Below, piece by piece: positions 9,254-19,060 of a stretch of 57,869 nt of DNA; position 1 is the first letter of the stretch, and every line of letters starts with the position of its first letter. Below the pieces are notes generated by a model that saw only the letters and a list, made by a program, of their open reading frames with translations, did not search any database and was not told where the DNA came from. The DNA is from Candidatus Micrarchaeota archaeon. GTDB taxonomy: Archaea > Micrarchaeota > Micrarchaeia > Anstonellales > Bilamarchaeaceae. Location of the stretch: the NCBI GenBank assembly GCA_040753215.1, contig JBFMEZ010000003.1:1-57869 (forward strand), written 5' to 3'. Both the position numbers and the translations under genes were made by a program.

Positions 9254-9295
9254 TCTTAATAAAGGTTTGCAGATAAAAAAGGACGCTGATGTGAT

Positions 9296-10477
9296 ATGCC
9301 TTCTTTTGGGGAGTTCGCATCCCCTTCCAGGATCTTCCGGGACCGGGACGTCCTCTCACCACATTTCATGCCGGACACCATCCATCACCGCGAGCACCAG
9401 ATACGGGAGCTGATGTCCATACTCGCGCCCGCATTGCACGGCAAGAGGCCGCGCAACCTCGTCATATATGGGAAGACGGGGACGGGCAAGACCCTCTGCA
9501 CGAAGCACGTCGCGAAGAAATTCGAGGAGGAGAGCCCGAACGCGAAGACAGTCTACATCAACTGCAGGATGTACAACAAGCCCTACCGCATCCTCTCAAA
9601 GGCGATAAAATCCCTCACCGACGGCGTGGACAAGCAGGGCTACGGCCTCCCCTTCTACTACGAGAAGATGCTGGAATGGTGCGGGGAGGGAAGGCAATTG
9701 GTTCTGGTTCTGGATGAAATAGACATGGCCAAGAATATAGATGAGCTCATCTACACGCTCACCCGCGCGAACGATGAGCTTGAGAAGGGCGGGGTCTCGC
9801 TCATCGGAATCTCCAACCGCCTCCGCTTCAAGGAGGAGCTGGACCCGAGGAGCAAGAGCAGCCTCTATGAGCGCGAGATGCTTTTTCCGCCATACACCGC
9901 CCCGCAGCTGCAGAAAATCCTGCAGCAGCGCGCGGAGATGGCTTTCAGGGAAAATGTGATAAGCGCTGGCGCAATAAACCTCGCCAGCGCGTTCACCGCG
10001 CAGGAGTCCGGTGATGCGAGGTATGCGCTGAAGCTTCTTTCGCGCGCAGCGGAGTTCGCGGAGGAGAGGAACCTTCCCAGGATTACGGATTCAGAAGTGA
10101 AGGAGGCGAGGGACGTGGTCGAGGCGGACCTCGTGAAGGAGGCGGTGGACAAGCTGCCCGAGCACCACCAGCTGGTGCTCTATGCCGTTGCGCGGCTCAC
10201 GCTTTCCGGGAGCATGTATGCACGCTTCGAGGAAGGAAAGGTCGGCTACCTGTTCTCCGGGGACGTGTACGAGGATTATGCCGAGCTGTGCTCGGGGCTG
10301 AGGAAGGCGGCGAAGACCGCCCGCTCCTACAGGAGCTACCTCGGGGACCTGGAGATGCTCGGCCTCGTGACTACCGTGGAGAGCGGGAAGGGGATACGCG
10401 GCCACACGAAGCTGATAAAGCTCGGGCACACACCGCAGGAAACGGTCTCCATGATGAAGCAAAAGTTTGGTGAATAG
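9296..10477 (+). CDS. cdc6: Orc1/Cdc6 replication initiator
   Basis: IF.DRDVL.P, HRE.QI, YGKTGTGKT, YINC, LDEID, FPPYT..QL, SGDAR.A, C-terminal winged helix. Confidence 0.96.
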   Translation: MPSFGEFASPSRIFRDRDVLSPHFMPDTIHHREHQIRELMSILAPALHGKRPRNLVIYGKTGTGKTLCTKHVAKKFEEESPNAKTVYINCRMYNKPYRILSKAIKSLTDGVDKQGYGLPFYYEKMLEWCGEGRQLVLVLDEIDMAKNIDELIYTLTRANDELEKGGVSLIGISNRLRFKEELDPRSKSSLYEREMLFPPYTAPQLQKILQQRAEMAFRENVISAGAINLASAFTAQESGDARYALKLLSRAAEFAEERNLPRITDSEVKEARDVVEADLVKEAVDKLPEHHQLVLYAVARLTLSGSMYARFEEGKVGYLFSGDVYEDYAELCSGLRKAAKTARSYRSYLGDLEMLGLVTTVESGKGIRGHTKLIKLGHTPQETVSMMKQKFGE

Positions 10478-10997
10478 GTTGGACGAGCTTGATTTCATCT
10501 ACCAGGCGGGCGCGCTGCGGAGGGTGGAGCGCTCCGGCTGGAAAACCATAGGAATTTCCCCAGAGAGCGTTTCCGAGCACTCCTACCGCGCCGCGATAAT
10601 CGCGTACATACTTGCAAAGAAGGAGGGCGTGGACCCGGAGAAGGCCGCGCTTGCCGCCCTGTTCCACGATCTGCACGAGGTGCGCATAAACGACATCCAC
10701 ATCGTCGGGAAGAAATACCTCAGGATAGACGAGAAGAAGGCGCGGGAGGACACGCTCGCGCCCTTCCCGGAAATCCTCTCGCTCCTGGGGGACGAGAGAA
10801 TAATGCGCATCGCGGGCGATGCGGACAGGCTCGAGCTCATCTTCCAGGCAAAGGAGTACAGGGACCTCGGGAACGGATATGTGCAGGAATGGATTGAGCG
10901 CGCCTCCGCACTGCTGAAGACAGAATCCGCAAGGAGGATGGCGGGGGAGGCATTGAAAAGGGATGCCTTCGCATGGCTTTTTGAGGCGAGGAGATGA
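10470..10997 (+). CDS. HD-domain phosphohydrolase (YfbR/HDDC2-like)
   Basis: R.GW...ESVSEHSYR, LFHDLHE, DADRLE. Confidence 0.88.
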   Translation: MNRLDELDFIYQAGALRRVERSGWKTIGISPESVSEHSYRAAIIAYILAKKEGVDPEKAALAALFHDLHEVRINDIHIVGKKYLRIDEKKAREDTLAPFPEILSLLGDERIMRIAGDADRLELIFQAKEYRDLGNGYVQEWIERASALLKTESARRMAGEALKRDAFAWLFEARR

Positions 10998-11440
10998 GGG
11001 CCGCCCTGCTCCTGCTGGCCGTTTCCGTTTTCCTGCTCCTCATCTCCGGCTGCGTGAAGATAAGGGAGGAGGGCGATTGCGCGGGGCTGGACGGCGCGCA
11101 GAGGGACAGCTGCTACTCCGACGCGGCCTTCGGCCATGCCATCCTCGGCAACAGGGACGCCGCGGTCCGCGCCTGCGGCAGAATAGACGACGGCATCCCG
11201 CTTTTCGGCTCGGACCGGGACCTCTGCTACATGAGGGTTGCCGAAGTCCTGAAGGACACGGGCGTGTGCAACTACACAGAGCCGGACGGCGAATCCTCGA
11301 TAGTGAAGAACCTGTGCGTAAACAAGGCCACCCCGGTCCGGAGCACCTCCGTATGCGCGACCGCCTTCGTCCTTCTCACAGCCGCAGCGGCGCTTTTTGC
11401 ATGGAGAGAAATCAGAGTTCCAGCACGTCCCCATTCTTAG
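10994..11440 (+). CDS. Cys-rich secreted/lipoprotein with C-terminal membrane anchor
   Basis: N-terminal hydrophobic signal ending LISGC, repeated RDxCY..A....C motifs, C-terminal TM helix. Confidence 0.7.
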   Translation: MRAALLLLAVSVFLLLISGCVKIREEGDCAGLDGAQRDSCYSDAAFGHAILGNRDAAVRACGRIDDGIPLFGSDRDLCYMRVAEVLKDTGVCNYTEPDGESSIVKNLCVNKATPVRSTSVCATAFVLLTAAAALFAWREIRVPARPHS

Positions 11441-12662
11441 GTGCGTGCACTTCGTATCCCAGCCCCTGCAGCTCATTCTGGAATTCGGGAATCCGGTCCC
11501 CGTGGTTCAGGATTATTCTTTCCGGGCCGGCTTTTTTTACGAATTCAAAAAGGTCGCTCCTTCCCGCATGGGCGGAAAAATCATAATATTCCCAGGGCAG
11601 CCCGACTTCCAGGAGATTCCCGTCCACATCAACCCTCCCCTCGTTCATCATCCTCCATCCGTTCGTCCCCTCCACGTTGTATCCGGTGAAGAACAGCTTG
11701 GAGCCGGGGCGCGCATTCAACAGGTAGTTGAATATGGGCCCCCCCTGCAGCATCCCCGCGGTGCTTATTATAACCGAGGGCATGGATGTGGCGTCCCTCC
11801 TGTCCTGCTCCCCCTGCACGAATATCACGGTCTCCGCCATATCCGAGAATTCTTCCGCGTCCCTTATGTATTTGCCGTGCTTTATGTACAGTCTTGAAAC
11901 GTCCTTCCCCATCCCGTCCACAAAGATGGGTACGCCCTCCATGAGCGAGCGCACGATTGCAATGAGCTCCTGCGTCCTGCCCACAGCGAACGCGGGGAAG
12001 AGCACGTTCCCCCCGTTCTCTATTATCCCATCCATCTCCTTCTTCAGCTTCTTCTCCAGCGGCTTCCGGGGAGGGTGCTCCCTTGAATGGTATGTGCTCT
12101 CAATCATGAGGACATCCACATCCTTAACCGGCTTCGCGCCTTTATGCATCTTCGTCTCCTCCAGCTTGAAATCCCCGCTGTAAACGAACCTCCTTCCCTT
12201 CCACTCCGCCTCAACCATCGCCGCCCCCGCGATGTGCCCCGCATCATGGAACGAGAAAGCGGTTTCCCCGAGGTGCAGCTTCTGCCCGTACTGCACAGGC
12301 ACGAATTTCCTCTGCGCACGGACGATGTCTTCTTCCGCGTAGGGGCTCTCCTCCCCCATTATCTTCATGCTGTCGGGCCAGAGGAGAGATACGATGTCCA
12401 GCGTGGGCGGTGTCCCGAACCAGCTTATCTTCTCGTGCGTAAAGAGCTCCGGAAGGAACCCGGAATGGTCGAAGTGCGCGTGGCTCAGTATCATCCCGTC
12501 CAGCGGCCCCTGGTACTGCTCGGGGAACATGTCCCTCTTCCCGCCGGGCTGGTAGATCTTGAGCCCGCAGTCAAGCATCACGCGCTGGTCCGTTTCCAGC
12601 ACGAAGCAGCTCCTTCCCACCTCCTGCCCCGCGCCGAGGCACTGCAGCCGCATCTTTTCCAT
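11412..12662 (-). CDS. MBL-fold beta-CASP ribonuclease (aCPSF2-like)
   Basis: LGAGQEVGRSC, SHAHFDH, AGHIAG, YSGD, IESTY, FAVGRTQE, FSAHA, NHGD. Confidence 0.92.
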   Translation of the reverse strand: MEKMRLQCLGAGQEVGRSCFVLETDQRVMLDCGLKIYQPGGKRDMFPEQYQGPLDGMILSHAHFDHSGFLPELFTHEKISWFGTPPTLDIVSLLWPDSMKIMGEESPYAEEDIVRAQRKFVPVQYGQKLHLGETAFSFHDAGHIAGAAMVEAEWKGRRFVYSGDFKLEETKMHKGAKPVKDVDVLMIESTYHSREHPPRKPLEKKLKKEMDGIIENGGNVLFPAFAVGRTQELIAIVRSLMEGVPIFVDGMGKDVSRLYIKHGKYIRDAEEFSDMAETVIFVQGEQDRRDATSMPSVIISTAGMLQGGPIFNYLLNARPGSKLFFTGYNVEGTNGWRMMNEGRVDVDGNLLEVGLPWEYYDFSAHAGRSDLFEFVKKAGPERIILNHGDRIPEFQNELQGLGYEVHAPKNGDVLEL

Positions 12663-12714
12663 TGCCCCGCTTTCCGCGCTCGCATTTTTAAATTTTCTAC
12701 AAGAGTGATAACCC

Positions 12715-13341
12715 ATGCCCGCGCGGATTCCCGAGTTCACCCTTCTTGAGAAATACGGGATAAAGCTAATCCCGTACGGAATCGCAAAGAACGAGAAGGA
12801 AGCCGCGCGCATCGCAAAGAAGCTCGGCTACCCCGTTGCGATGAAAATAATCTCCCCGGAAATCGTGCACAAGACGGATTATGCGGCGGTAAAAGTGGGG
12901 ATAAAGAACGAGGAGCGCCTCCTCGCCGCATACGAAGATATCATGGAGAATGTCCGCGGCCACAAGGTTTCCGGGATGCTCGTGCAGAAGATGGCGAGAA
13001 AAGGACTGGAGCTCATAATCGGGGGGAAGAAGGACCCCCAGTTCGGGCACATGGTCGTCCTAGGTCTGGGAGGAGTATATGTGGAGGTATTCAGGGATGT
13101 TTCCGCCCGCATCTGCCCCATCCAGAGGCAGGATGTGAAGGAGATGGTTATGGAGCTGCGCTCCCACCCGCTTATCACCGGAGTGCGCGGCATGAAGCCC
13201 ATAGACATAGATGCGCTGGAGCTGCTCATGGTAAAAGTATGCAGGATGATGGTGGAGGAGGACATCGCGGAGATGGACATCAACCCCGTTGTATTTGACG
13301 AGCGCGGTTACGATATAGTTGATGTAAGGATAAAGAGATGA
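12715..13341 (+). CDS. acdB: ADP-forming acetyl-CoA synthetase beta subunit (ATP-grasp)
   Basis: GYPVAMKIISPEIVHKTD, ELIIGG..DPQFG, GLGGVYVEVF.DV, EMDINP. Confidence 0.9.
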   Translation: MPARIPEFTLLEKYGIKLIPYGIAKNEKEAARIAKKLGYPVAMKIISPEIVHKTDYAAVKVGIKNEERLLAAYEDIMENVRGHKVSGMLVQKMARKGLELIIGGKKDPQFGHMVVLGLGGVYVEVFRDVSARICPIQRQDVKEMVMELRSHPLITGVRGMKPIDIDALELLMVKVCRMMVEEDIAEMDINPVVFDERGYDIVDVRIKR

Positions 13342-13345
13342 GAAG

Positions 13346-14731
13346 ATGCGCGAAGATGTGAAGAACCTGAAGCATGTTTTTGAGCCCTCCTCTATCGCGG
13401 TGATAGGGGCGTCACCGACAGCGGGAAAGCTTGGAAACGTTATCCTAAAGAATATCCTGGACGGCAATTTCGAGGGAGATGTCTATCCGGTGAACCCAAA
13501 GTATGAGAATGTGCTTGGGATGAAGTGCTACAAGGATGTGCATTCAATCGATGGGAAGCCGGACCTTGCGATATTTGCGATTCCCGCGGAACTTATTCCG
13601 GATGTGATGGAGGCATGCGGGAGGAAAGGGGTGCGCGGGGCGATTGTCCTTTCTGCCGGATTTGGAGAAATAGGAAGGAAAGATTTGGATGAGAAATTGG
13701 CGAGAATAGTGAAGAAATATAAGATTGCACTTCTTGGACCCAACTGCCTCGGCGGCCTTAACCCCGCCAAGCGCGTGGACACGTTGTTCTTCCCCTTCTA
13801 CAAGCTTGGCCGCCCGCGCATCGGGGACATCTCATTCGTTACCCAGAGCGGGGCGGTCGGGAGCTGCATAGTTGACATGGCCGCCTATTTCGGGATTGGG
13901 TTTGCGAAATTCGCTTCCTACGGGAACGGCCTCACCCTTGATGAGGCAGACATAATAGAATATTTCGGCTCGGATGGGCACACGAAGCAGATTCTCCTTT
14001 ACCTCGAAGGGACTAAGGATGGGCAGAAGCTGCTGGAAGTGCTGCGCAGGATAGGAAAGAAGAAGCCGATAATTGTTCTCAAGGCCGGGAAGGTGGGAGC
14101 CGCTTCCAAAGCTGCATTTTCCCACACCGGAAACATTGCGGGAAACTATACAGCTTACCAGGCGGCTTTCCGGCAGGCGAAGGTTATGGAGGTGAATTCG
14201 CTTGCAGAGCTCTTCCACGTGGTTAATGCGTTCAGCCAACCCTTTCCGAAAGGGAACCGCGTGGCGGTCCTTACGGATGGAGGGGGGCTCGGGGTCCTCA
14301 CTGCAGATGCGATTGAGGCAGAGGGGCTGAAGCTTGCGGAGCTTTCCCCTGCTACTGCGAAGGTGGTGGAGGAGGTTCTCCCGCCCTACGGGAATGTGGG
14401 GAACCCCATAGACCTTATTGCGGATTCAGGGCCTGAGCAGTACAGGAAGGCGCTGGATGCCCTTTTGGCGGATGAGAACGTGGATTCCATTATAGTGATA
14501 GTATTGTTCCAGGCGCCTGCCCTTGATTCCAGCATCCTGGATATTGTTGTTTCCGCCTCGGACCAGAGGAAGAAGCCAATATTCACGGTTGCTGTGGGCG
14601 GGGATTACACACATGAGAACAGGAAGGTGTGGGACAGGTACGGTGTCCCTTCCTACGATTCGCCGGACTTTGCTGTGAGGGCGCTGAAGAGGTTTACGGA
14701 CTTCTCACTTCCTGCGAAGAAGAAGAAATAG
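13346..14731 (+). CDS. acdA: ADP-forming acetyl-CoA synthetase alpha subunit
   Basis: P.SIAVIGAS, YPVNP, LGPNCLG, QSGA, SHTG phospho-His motif, GG.GVL.AD, NPIDL. Confidence 0.92.
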   Translation: MREDVKNLKHVFEPSSIAVIGASPTAGKLGNVILKNILDGNFEGDVYPVNPKYENVLGMKCYKDVHSIDGKPDLAIFAIPAELIPDVMEACGRKGVRGAIVLSAGFGEIGRKDLDEKLARIVKKYKIALLGPNCLGGLNPAKRVDTLFFPFYKLGRPRIGDISFVTQSGAVGSCIVDMAAYFGIGFAKFASYGNGLTLDEADIIEYFGSDGHTKQILLYLEGTKDGQKLLEVLRRIGKKKPIIVLKAGKVGAASKAAFSHTGNIAGNYTAYQAAFRQAKVMEVNSLAELFHVVNAFSQPFPKGNRVAVLTDGGGLGVLTADAIEAEGLKLAELSPATAKVVEEVLPPYGNVGNPIDLIADSGPEQYRKALDALLADENVDSIIVIVLFQAPALDSSILDIVVSASDQRKKPIFTVAVGGDYTHENRKVWDRYGVPSYDSPDFAVRALKRFTDFSLPAKKKK

Positions 14732-15355
14732 GTGGCCCATCTCATAGGGCTCGAGGGATATTCTCTCAACTATTTCAAACGTCCCGGCAAGCTCTTTCTC
14801 CACTTTCGCATAAATCTCCTCCGGCTTCTTAGTAACATCTATGCTCTGGGACTTGATTGCAATCATCGCATACCCGCCCTTCTTCAAAAACCGCGCATTC
14901 TTGTTCATCATCTCCGCCTGCTCGGGATGCGCGACGTCCTCAAAAACCACGTTCACATTCCTGACTTCCGCATATTCATCAGGTTTTCCCGCATCCGCAA
15001 GTATAGGAATTATATTACGCCTCACTTCGCACAACTGGATGAGAGTTTTCATCGAATGCGCGGAAATCTCCACCGCATAGACTTCGCCTTTTTCCCCAAT
15101 AATATCCGATACATGCGAAACCGTTGTTCCCGTAGCTGCCCCGAGGTAAAGCACCTTTGCCCCGGGCCCTATGGGCATGGTTTTCAGCCCCTTCTTTATT
15201 GCCGCCCCAAGCTTGCTCCTGTAGGGATTCCAGGAGCGGTACTCCTTTCCCCCAATCCTGAACAGGTCTTCCTCATAGACCTTCTTCCCCGGAACTAGGT
15301 TGAGGGTGAGGAGCTTTCCTTTCTCTTCAAAGACTCCCTTGAACAGCTCTATCAT
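14705..15355 (-). CDS. flpA: Fibrillarin-like 2'-O-methyltransferase
   Basis: YRSWNPYRSKLGAAI, VLYLGAATGTTVSHVSDI, NIIPILADA, SLEPYEMGH. Confidence 0.96.
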   Translation of the reverse strand: MIELFKGVFEEKGKLLTLNLVPGKKVYEEDLFRIGGKEYRSWNPYRSKLGAAIKKGLKTMPIGPGAKVLYLGAATGTTVSHVSDIIGEKGEVYAVEISAHSMKTLIQLCEVRRNIIPILADAGKPDEYAEVRNVNVVFEDVAHPEQAEMMNKNARFLKKGGYAMIAIKSQSIDVTKKPEEIYAKVEKELAGTFEIVERISLEPYEMGHLFLLLRRK

Positions 15356-15921
15356 CCGCGAACGCACTCCCCTTCCAAGCACTCGCAGCTTGTCTCCAGC
15401 CTTTCAATATCCCCTCCGGAGCAGTGGTATTCGTAAAGCATGGAAGGCGAAGCGCACCTGTCCATTACGCGCTCCATAACTGCGGTGCTCACCGTCATCT
15501 TCGTTTCCCCCCTCCTGTACCTGTCGTCCTGCTCGCTTGATTCCACACAGAAGCCCTCCCTCCGGTGGTAGCAGGCATCGTTGTAGCAGTTCCACCCGCA
15601 GCGGACGATATCCTCCTCCACGACCCCTCCCCTGCAGGAATAGATTTTCAGGTCGGAGCCGACGCAGGCGTTGGTATAAGTCCCGTACACTCCATCCAGC
15701 TCTCCTCTTGCGTAATTCGCATATTCCTCGCAGGCCTGCGGCGCGCTTATTGCCAGTGGCGCGGGCTCCTGCTGCGGGTAGGTGAGCCCTCCTGTTGAAA
15801 CTCCGGATGGCTGCTGCCCACCTGTTCCCGGCTGCCCGTTTCCGGTTTCCTGTGCGCCGGGAAGCGCGCACCCAAAGAGAAAAAGAAACCCAAATGCCAG
15901 TATCGCGAGGATGGATTTCAT
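15352..15921 (-). CDS. Cys-rich predicted lipoprotein
   Basis: MKSILAILAFGFLFLFGC lipobox-like signal; two Cys-rich repeats; contains heptamer array 15824-15851. Confidence 0.72.
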   Translation of the reverse strand: MKSILAILAFGFLFLFGCALPGAQETGNGQPGTGGQQPSGVSTGGLTYPQQEPAPLAISAPQACEEYANYARGELDGVYGTYTNACVGSDLKIYSCRGGVVEEDIVRCGWNCYNDACYHRREGFCVESSEQDDRYRRGETKMTVSTAVMERVMDRCASPSMLYEYHCSGGDIERLETSCECLEGECVRG

Positions 15922-15961
15922 GGGTAATGTTCTGATGGAAGATTTATTTTGATTTGTCTTT

Positions 15962-16077
15962 CGGGCCCGAGGGGATTTGAACCCCTGACCTACGGATTTC
16001 ATCGGTTTCCGGTTTCCAGTTGCCTGTTTCCGGAACCCTAAAAGTCCGCCGCTCTGGCCAAGCTGAGCTACGGGCCC
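15962..16077 (-). tRNA. tRNA-Lys(TTT) with 41-nt intron (15998-16038)
   Basis: GGGCCCG acceptor stem, GCGGA-CT-TTT-A, intron, A-TCCGT, TTCAAAT T-loop; the intron contains four NGGAAAC-type units. Confidence 0.93.
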
Positions 16078-16155
16078 ATCCCAGTCTCCAGTTTCCAGTA
16101 TCCGGTTTCCGGGAACTAGAGATTGCAAACTATTAACGCATCAAATACTTTTAAA

Positions 16156-17160
16156 CTACTCCTTCCCCGCAATCTCCCTCGCAATCCCTTCAGGGAAGAA
16201 ATCAAATTTGTGTTCCTTCAGCACGGTCATCACTTCCAGAGACCTCATCACGGGAAGGAAGTTGTTCCTGAACTCCAATAATGTCTCGTGCAATTCCGAA
16301 GGCCCCCGTGCGGTGAAGAAAGCCACCCCGCCCAAAGAATTGGCCGCATGGAAGCCATAAGTAACCCCCTTCTGCGTCTTAAAATACGCCCTCAATTTTG
16401 CCTCATATTCCGGAGTGATGTTCTTCAGCCCGAATTCTATGTAATAGGAACGGAAGCCAAGCATGGAAACGTTCAAATCCACTCCATAGCCCTCTATTAT
16501 CTCCAGCGCCTCAAGGTTCGCCTTCCTGTACCCGACAACGTCCCTTTCCAGCCCGGTTTCCTTCACCATGTCCACTATCCTTTTCCTCCCATTTGAATCT
16601 AAAGAGCGCAAAACAGCCGCATCCTTCGCATCCAGCTTCGCAGGGCCTTTATGCACGCTTGCACCCCTCCGTGTGGAAAACGGCCGCAGCCCGGTCTCCC
16701 CCACCGCGTCCATCATGTTTGTCTTCTTGTACAGGAACGCGCAGGTCTTCACCTCCAAATCGTTCAGCGCCCCACCACACACGCCGGACACCTCGGATAC
16801 AATCTTATACACATCCTCGTCATTCCTGACCGCAAATTCGGCAAGCACATCCCACCTCCCGAGCAGGGTGAAGGCGTTCATGCAGAAAGGATGCGCACTT
16901 ATGTGCCCGATTATCTTCTCCATCTCCTCCTTCTTCGGGGACAAGCTCAACGTAAGCTGGAACGAATTGTAGCCCAGGGAATCCAGGTTCATCCTGGTGA
17001 AATACTTGCATATGACCCCCATCCGTTCCAATCGTTTAATCCGGTAAAGCACCGCGTCCTTGGAAAGCCCCACCATCCTCGCGAGCCGATTAGTCGGCAA
17101 ACGGGCATTCTGCGTGAGTATATAGAGTATTTTTCTATCTTTTAGGTCAATTTTTTCCAT
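16156..17160 (-). CDS. Tandem (duplicated) Lrp/AsnC-family transcription regulator
   Basis: Two repeats of LD.KD..IL..L..N.R HTH plus RAM-like domain (G.WD). Confidence 0.85.
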   Translation of the reverse strand: MEKIDLKDRKILYILTQNARLPTNRLARMVGLSKDAVLYRIKRLERMGVICKYFTRMNLDSLGYNSFQLTLSLSPKKEEMEKIIGHISAHPFCMNAFTLLGRWDVLAEFAVRNDEDVYKIVSEVSGVCGGALNDLEVKTCAFLYKKTNMMDAVGETGLRPFSTRRGASVHKGPAKLDAKDAAVLRSLDSNGRKRIVDMVKETGLERDVVGYRKANLEALEIIEGYGVDLNVSMLGFRSYYIEFGLKNITPEYEAKLRAYFKTQKGVTYGFHAANSLGGVAFFTARGPSELHETLLEFRNNFLPVMRSLEVMTVLKEHKFDFFPEGIAREIAGKE

Positions 17161-17254
17161 AAGTAAGAGTTATACGTAATAATCTTAAATATTTAGCTTA
17201 TTTGTGGCAAAATCCATTAAGAGGTTATATATCCCCAAAAACCGTAAGTATTCC

Positions 17255-19060
17255 ATGAGAAACCTGAAATTCACAGAACTGGGCTTTGCGCCGATAGAAG
17301 TAATGGAGAGGGCCGCCAAGGAGAGGGCCAGGGAGGCCCGCGAATCCGAACCAGAGGAGACGGGAACATCCTCGCGCCTCCGCGAGAACGGCAAATACTA
17401 CTGCCTTTCCTTCTACCTTGATTCCATAACGAAGGAGAACTGGGCGGACTTCCTAAAAAAGCTCTCCGACTTCCAGCTCACCGCGACCATACACATGGAG
17501 ATGGACGGAAGGAAGGTGCGCTTCATAATAGAGAGCGACAGGCACCTGGAGAGCGGGAACTCAATCTTCTATCCGTTCAGGGCAATGCCTGCGAGCGAGG
17601 GCCCGGAATCCATGCCCGCGGGCATATGGCCCCACGCGGTGCGCAGCAGGGACCTCTTCGCCTTCATCTCAAGAGAGCAGATAAGGAAAAACAGGGAGGT
17701 GAGGAGGATAGAGCTTAAGTGCATAATCAAGAGGCCGCTAAACGCAGTTCCCGCAGTGGGCAGGGTATCCTATTCCAACGGGGACGCGGAGTTCCTCGCG
17801 GTTGCTGACCTCCCCACCTTCCTTTCCTTCGACCTGCTCAAAACCGCGGAGATGCACGTGGATAAAGTAGAGACGGAGCTCAGGAACTCGGACATACGCA
17901 CGAGGAGGAAGGGAAGGAATCTCATGCTGGAGAGGGACGGAGTAAGTTTGGGAGTGGAGGATTACGATTTCCAGAAGCACGGTTTGGTGGTCGGCCAGAG
18001 TGGCGCAGGGAAGAGCAAGCTCCTGGAGCTCTTCGTGAAAGGGCTCATAAGGGACGGGAAGCTGGATGAATATACAGTGGTCTTCCTGGACCCGCACGGG
18101 GACGTGCACAAGAACATCAAATACGCGAGAAGCACCCTGGTGGACTTCCGCGCCCACGCGATAGAATTGTTCTCCAACAGCGGTGAGCCGAGCGGCTCCA
18201 CCGAGCTCACTGTCTCTCTTTTCTCATCTTTCATAGATGTAAATAACCCGTACCTCTCGAGGGTGCTCAAGCACTCCCTCCACCTCCTGTTCTCGCTCAA
18301 GCAGATGAGCCTGAACACCCTGAGCACCCTGCTCACGGACACGATGGCGAGGAAGGAGATAGTCGGAAAGAGCGAGAACACCCAGCTCAGGAAGTTCTTC
18401 GACACGGAGTTCATGGAGATGCGCACCCAGCGCTACGACAGCGCCATCCTTCCCATAGTGAACCTCATAGACGAGTACAGGATGCTCACCGCGGGAATAG
18501 CCGAGGCCGCACAGCACAGCCTCGCGGACCTGATGGACAAGAACCCGCTCGTGTTCGTATCCACGAACCCGGCGCTCCTGGGCAAAAATATGACGAGGTT
18601 GATTGGAGGGGCGGTAATCCAGCAGGTGTTCACCCTCCTCCAGACCGGGAGGATTAGGAAGAAGGTCATACTGGTGGTGGACGAGACCTCCCTTGTGCAG
18701 AACCCCGCGCTCGCATCCATACTCTCGGAGGCGAGGAAGTTCGGGCTAACAGTAATTTTCGCGCAGCAGTACCTCGGCCAGCTCGAGCCGGAGATACTCA
18801 AGTCCGTGCAGGCGAACATGGTGAACCTCTTCTGCTTCAAGGTCTCCAGGGAGGACGCGGACACGGTGAACAAGATGATGAACTTGGAAATCAACCCCGT
18901 ATTCGAAAAGGAGAAGGCCTTCGCAAAAGTGGAGGACATGAAGACCGACATGCTCACCAAGAGCAACCCGAGGGAGTGTGTCTTCCGCGTGATGCAGAAT
19001 GGAAGGCTCGTGAGGCCGGTGAAGGCGACGACGGTTGATGTGGAGAGTTTGGTGATATGA
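17255..19060 (+). CDS. HerA/VirB4/TraG-like P-loop ATPase (DUF87-type)
   Basis: HGLVVGQSGAGKS, FLDPHGD, LVVDE, SEARKFGL, AQQY..Q. Confidence 0.85.
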   Translation: MRNLKFTELGFAPIEVMERAAKERAREARESEPEETGTSSRLRENGKYYCLSFYLDSITKENWADFLKKLSDFQLTATIHMEMDGRKVRFIIESDRHLESGNSIFYPFRAMPASEGPESMPAGIWPHAVRSRDLFAFISREQIRKNREVRRIELKCIIKRPLNAVPAVGRVSYSNGDAEFLAVADLPTFLSFDLLKTAEMHVDKVETELRNSDIRTRRKGRNLMLERDGVSLGVEDYDFQKHGLVVGQSGAGKSKLLELFVKGLIRDGKLDEYTVVFLDPHGDVHKNIKYARSTLVDFRAHAIELFSNSGEPSGSTELTVSLFSSFIDVNNPYLSRVLKHSLHLLFSLKQMSLNTLSTLLTDTMARKEIVGKSENTQLRKFFDTEFMEMRTQRYDSAILPIVNLIDEYRMLTAGIAEAAQHSLADLMDKNPLVFVSTNPALLGKNMTRLIGGAVIQQVFTLLQTGRIRKKVILVVDETSLVQNPALASILSEARKFGLTVIFAQQYLGQLEPEILKSVQANMVNLFCFKVSREDADTVNKMMNLEINPVFEKEKAFAKVEDMKTDMLTKSNPRECVFRVMQNGRLVRPVKATTVDVESLVI

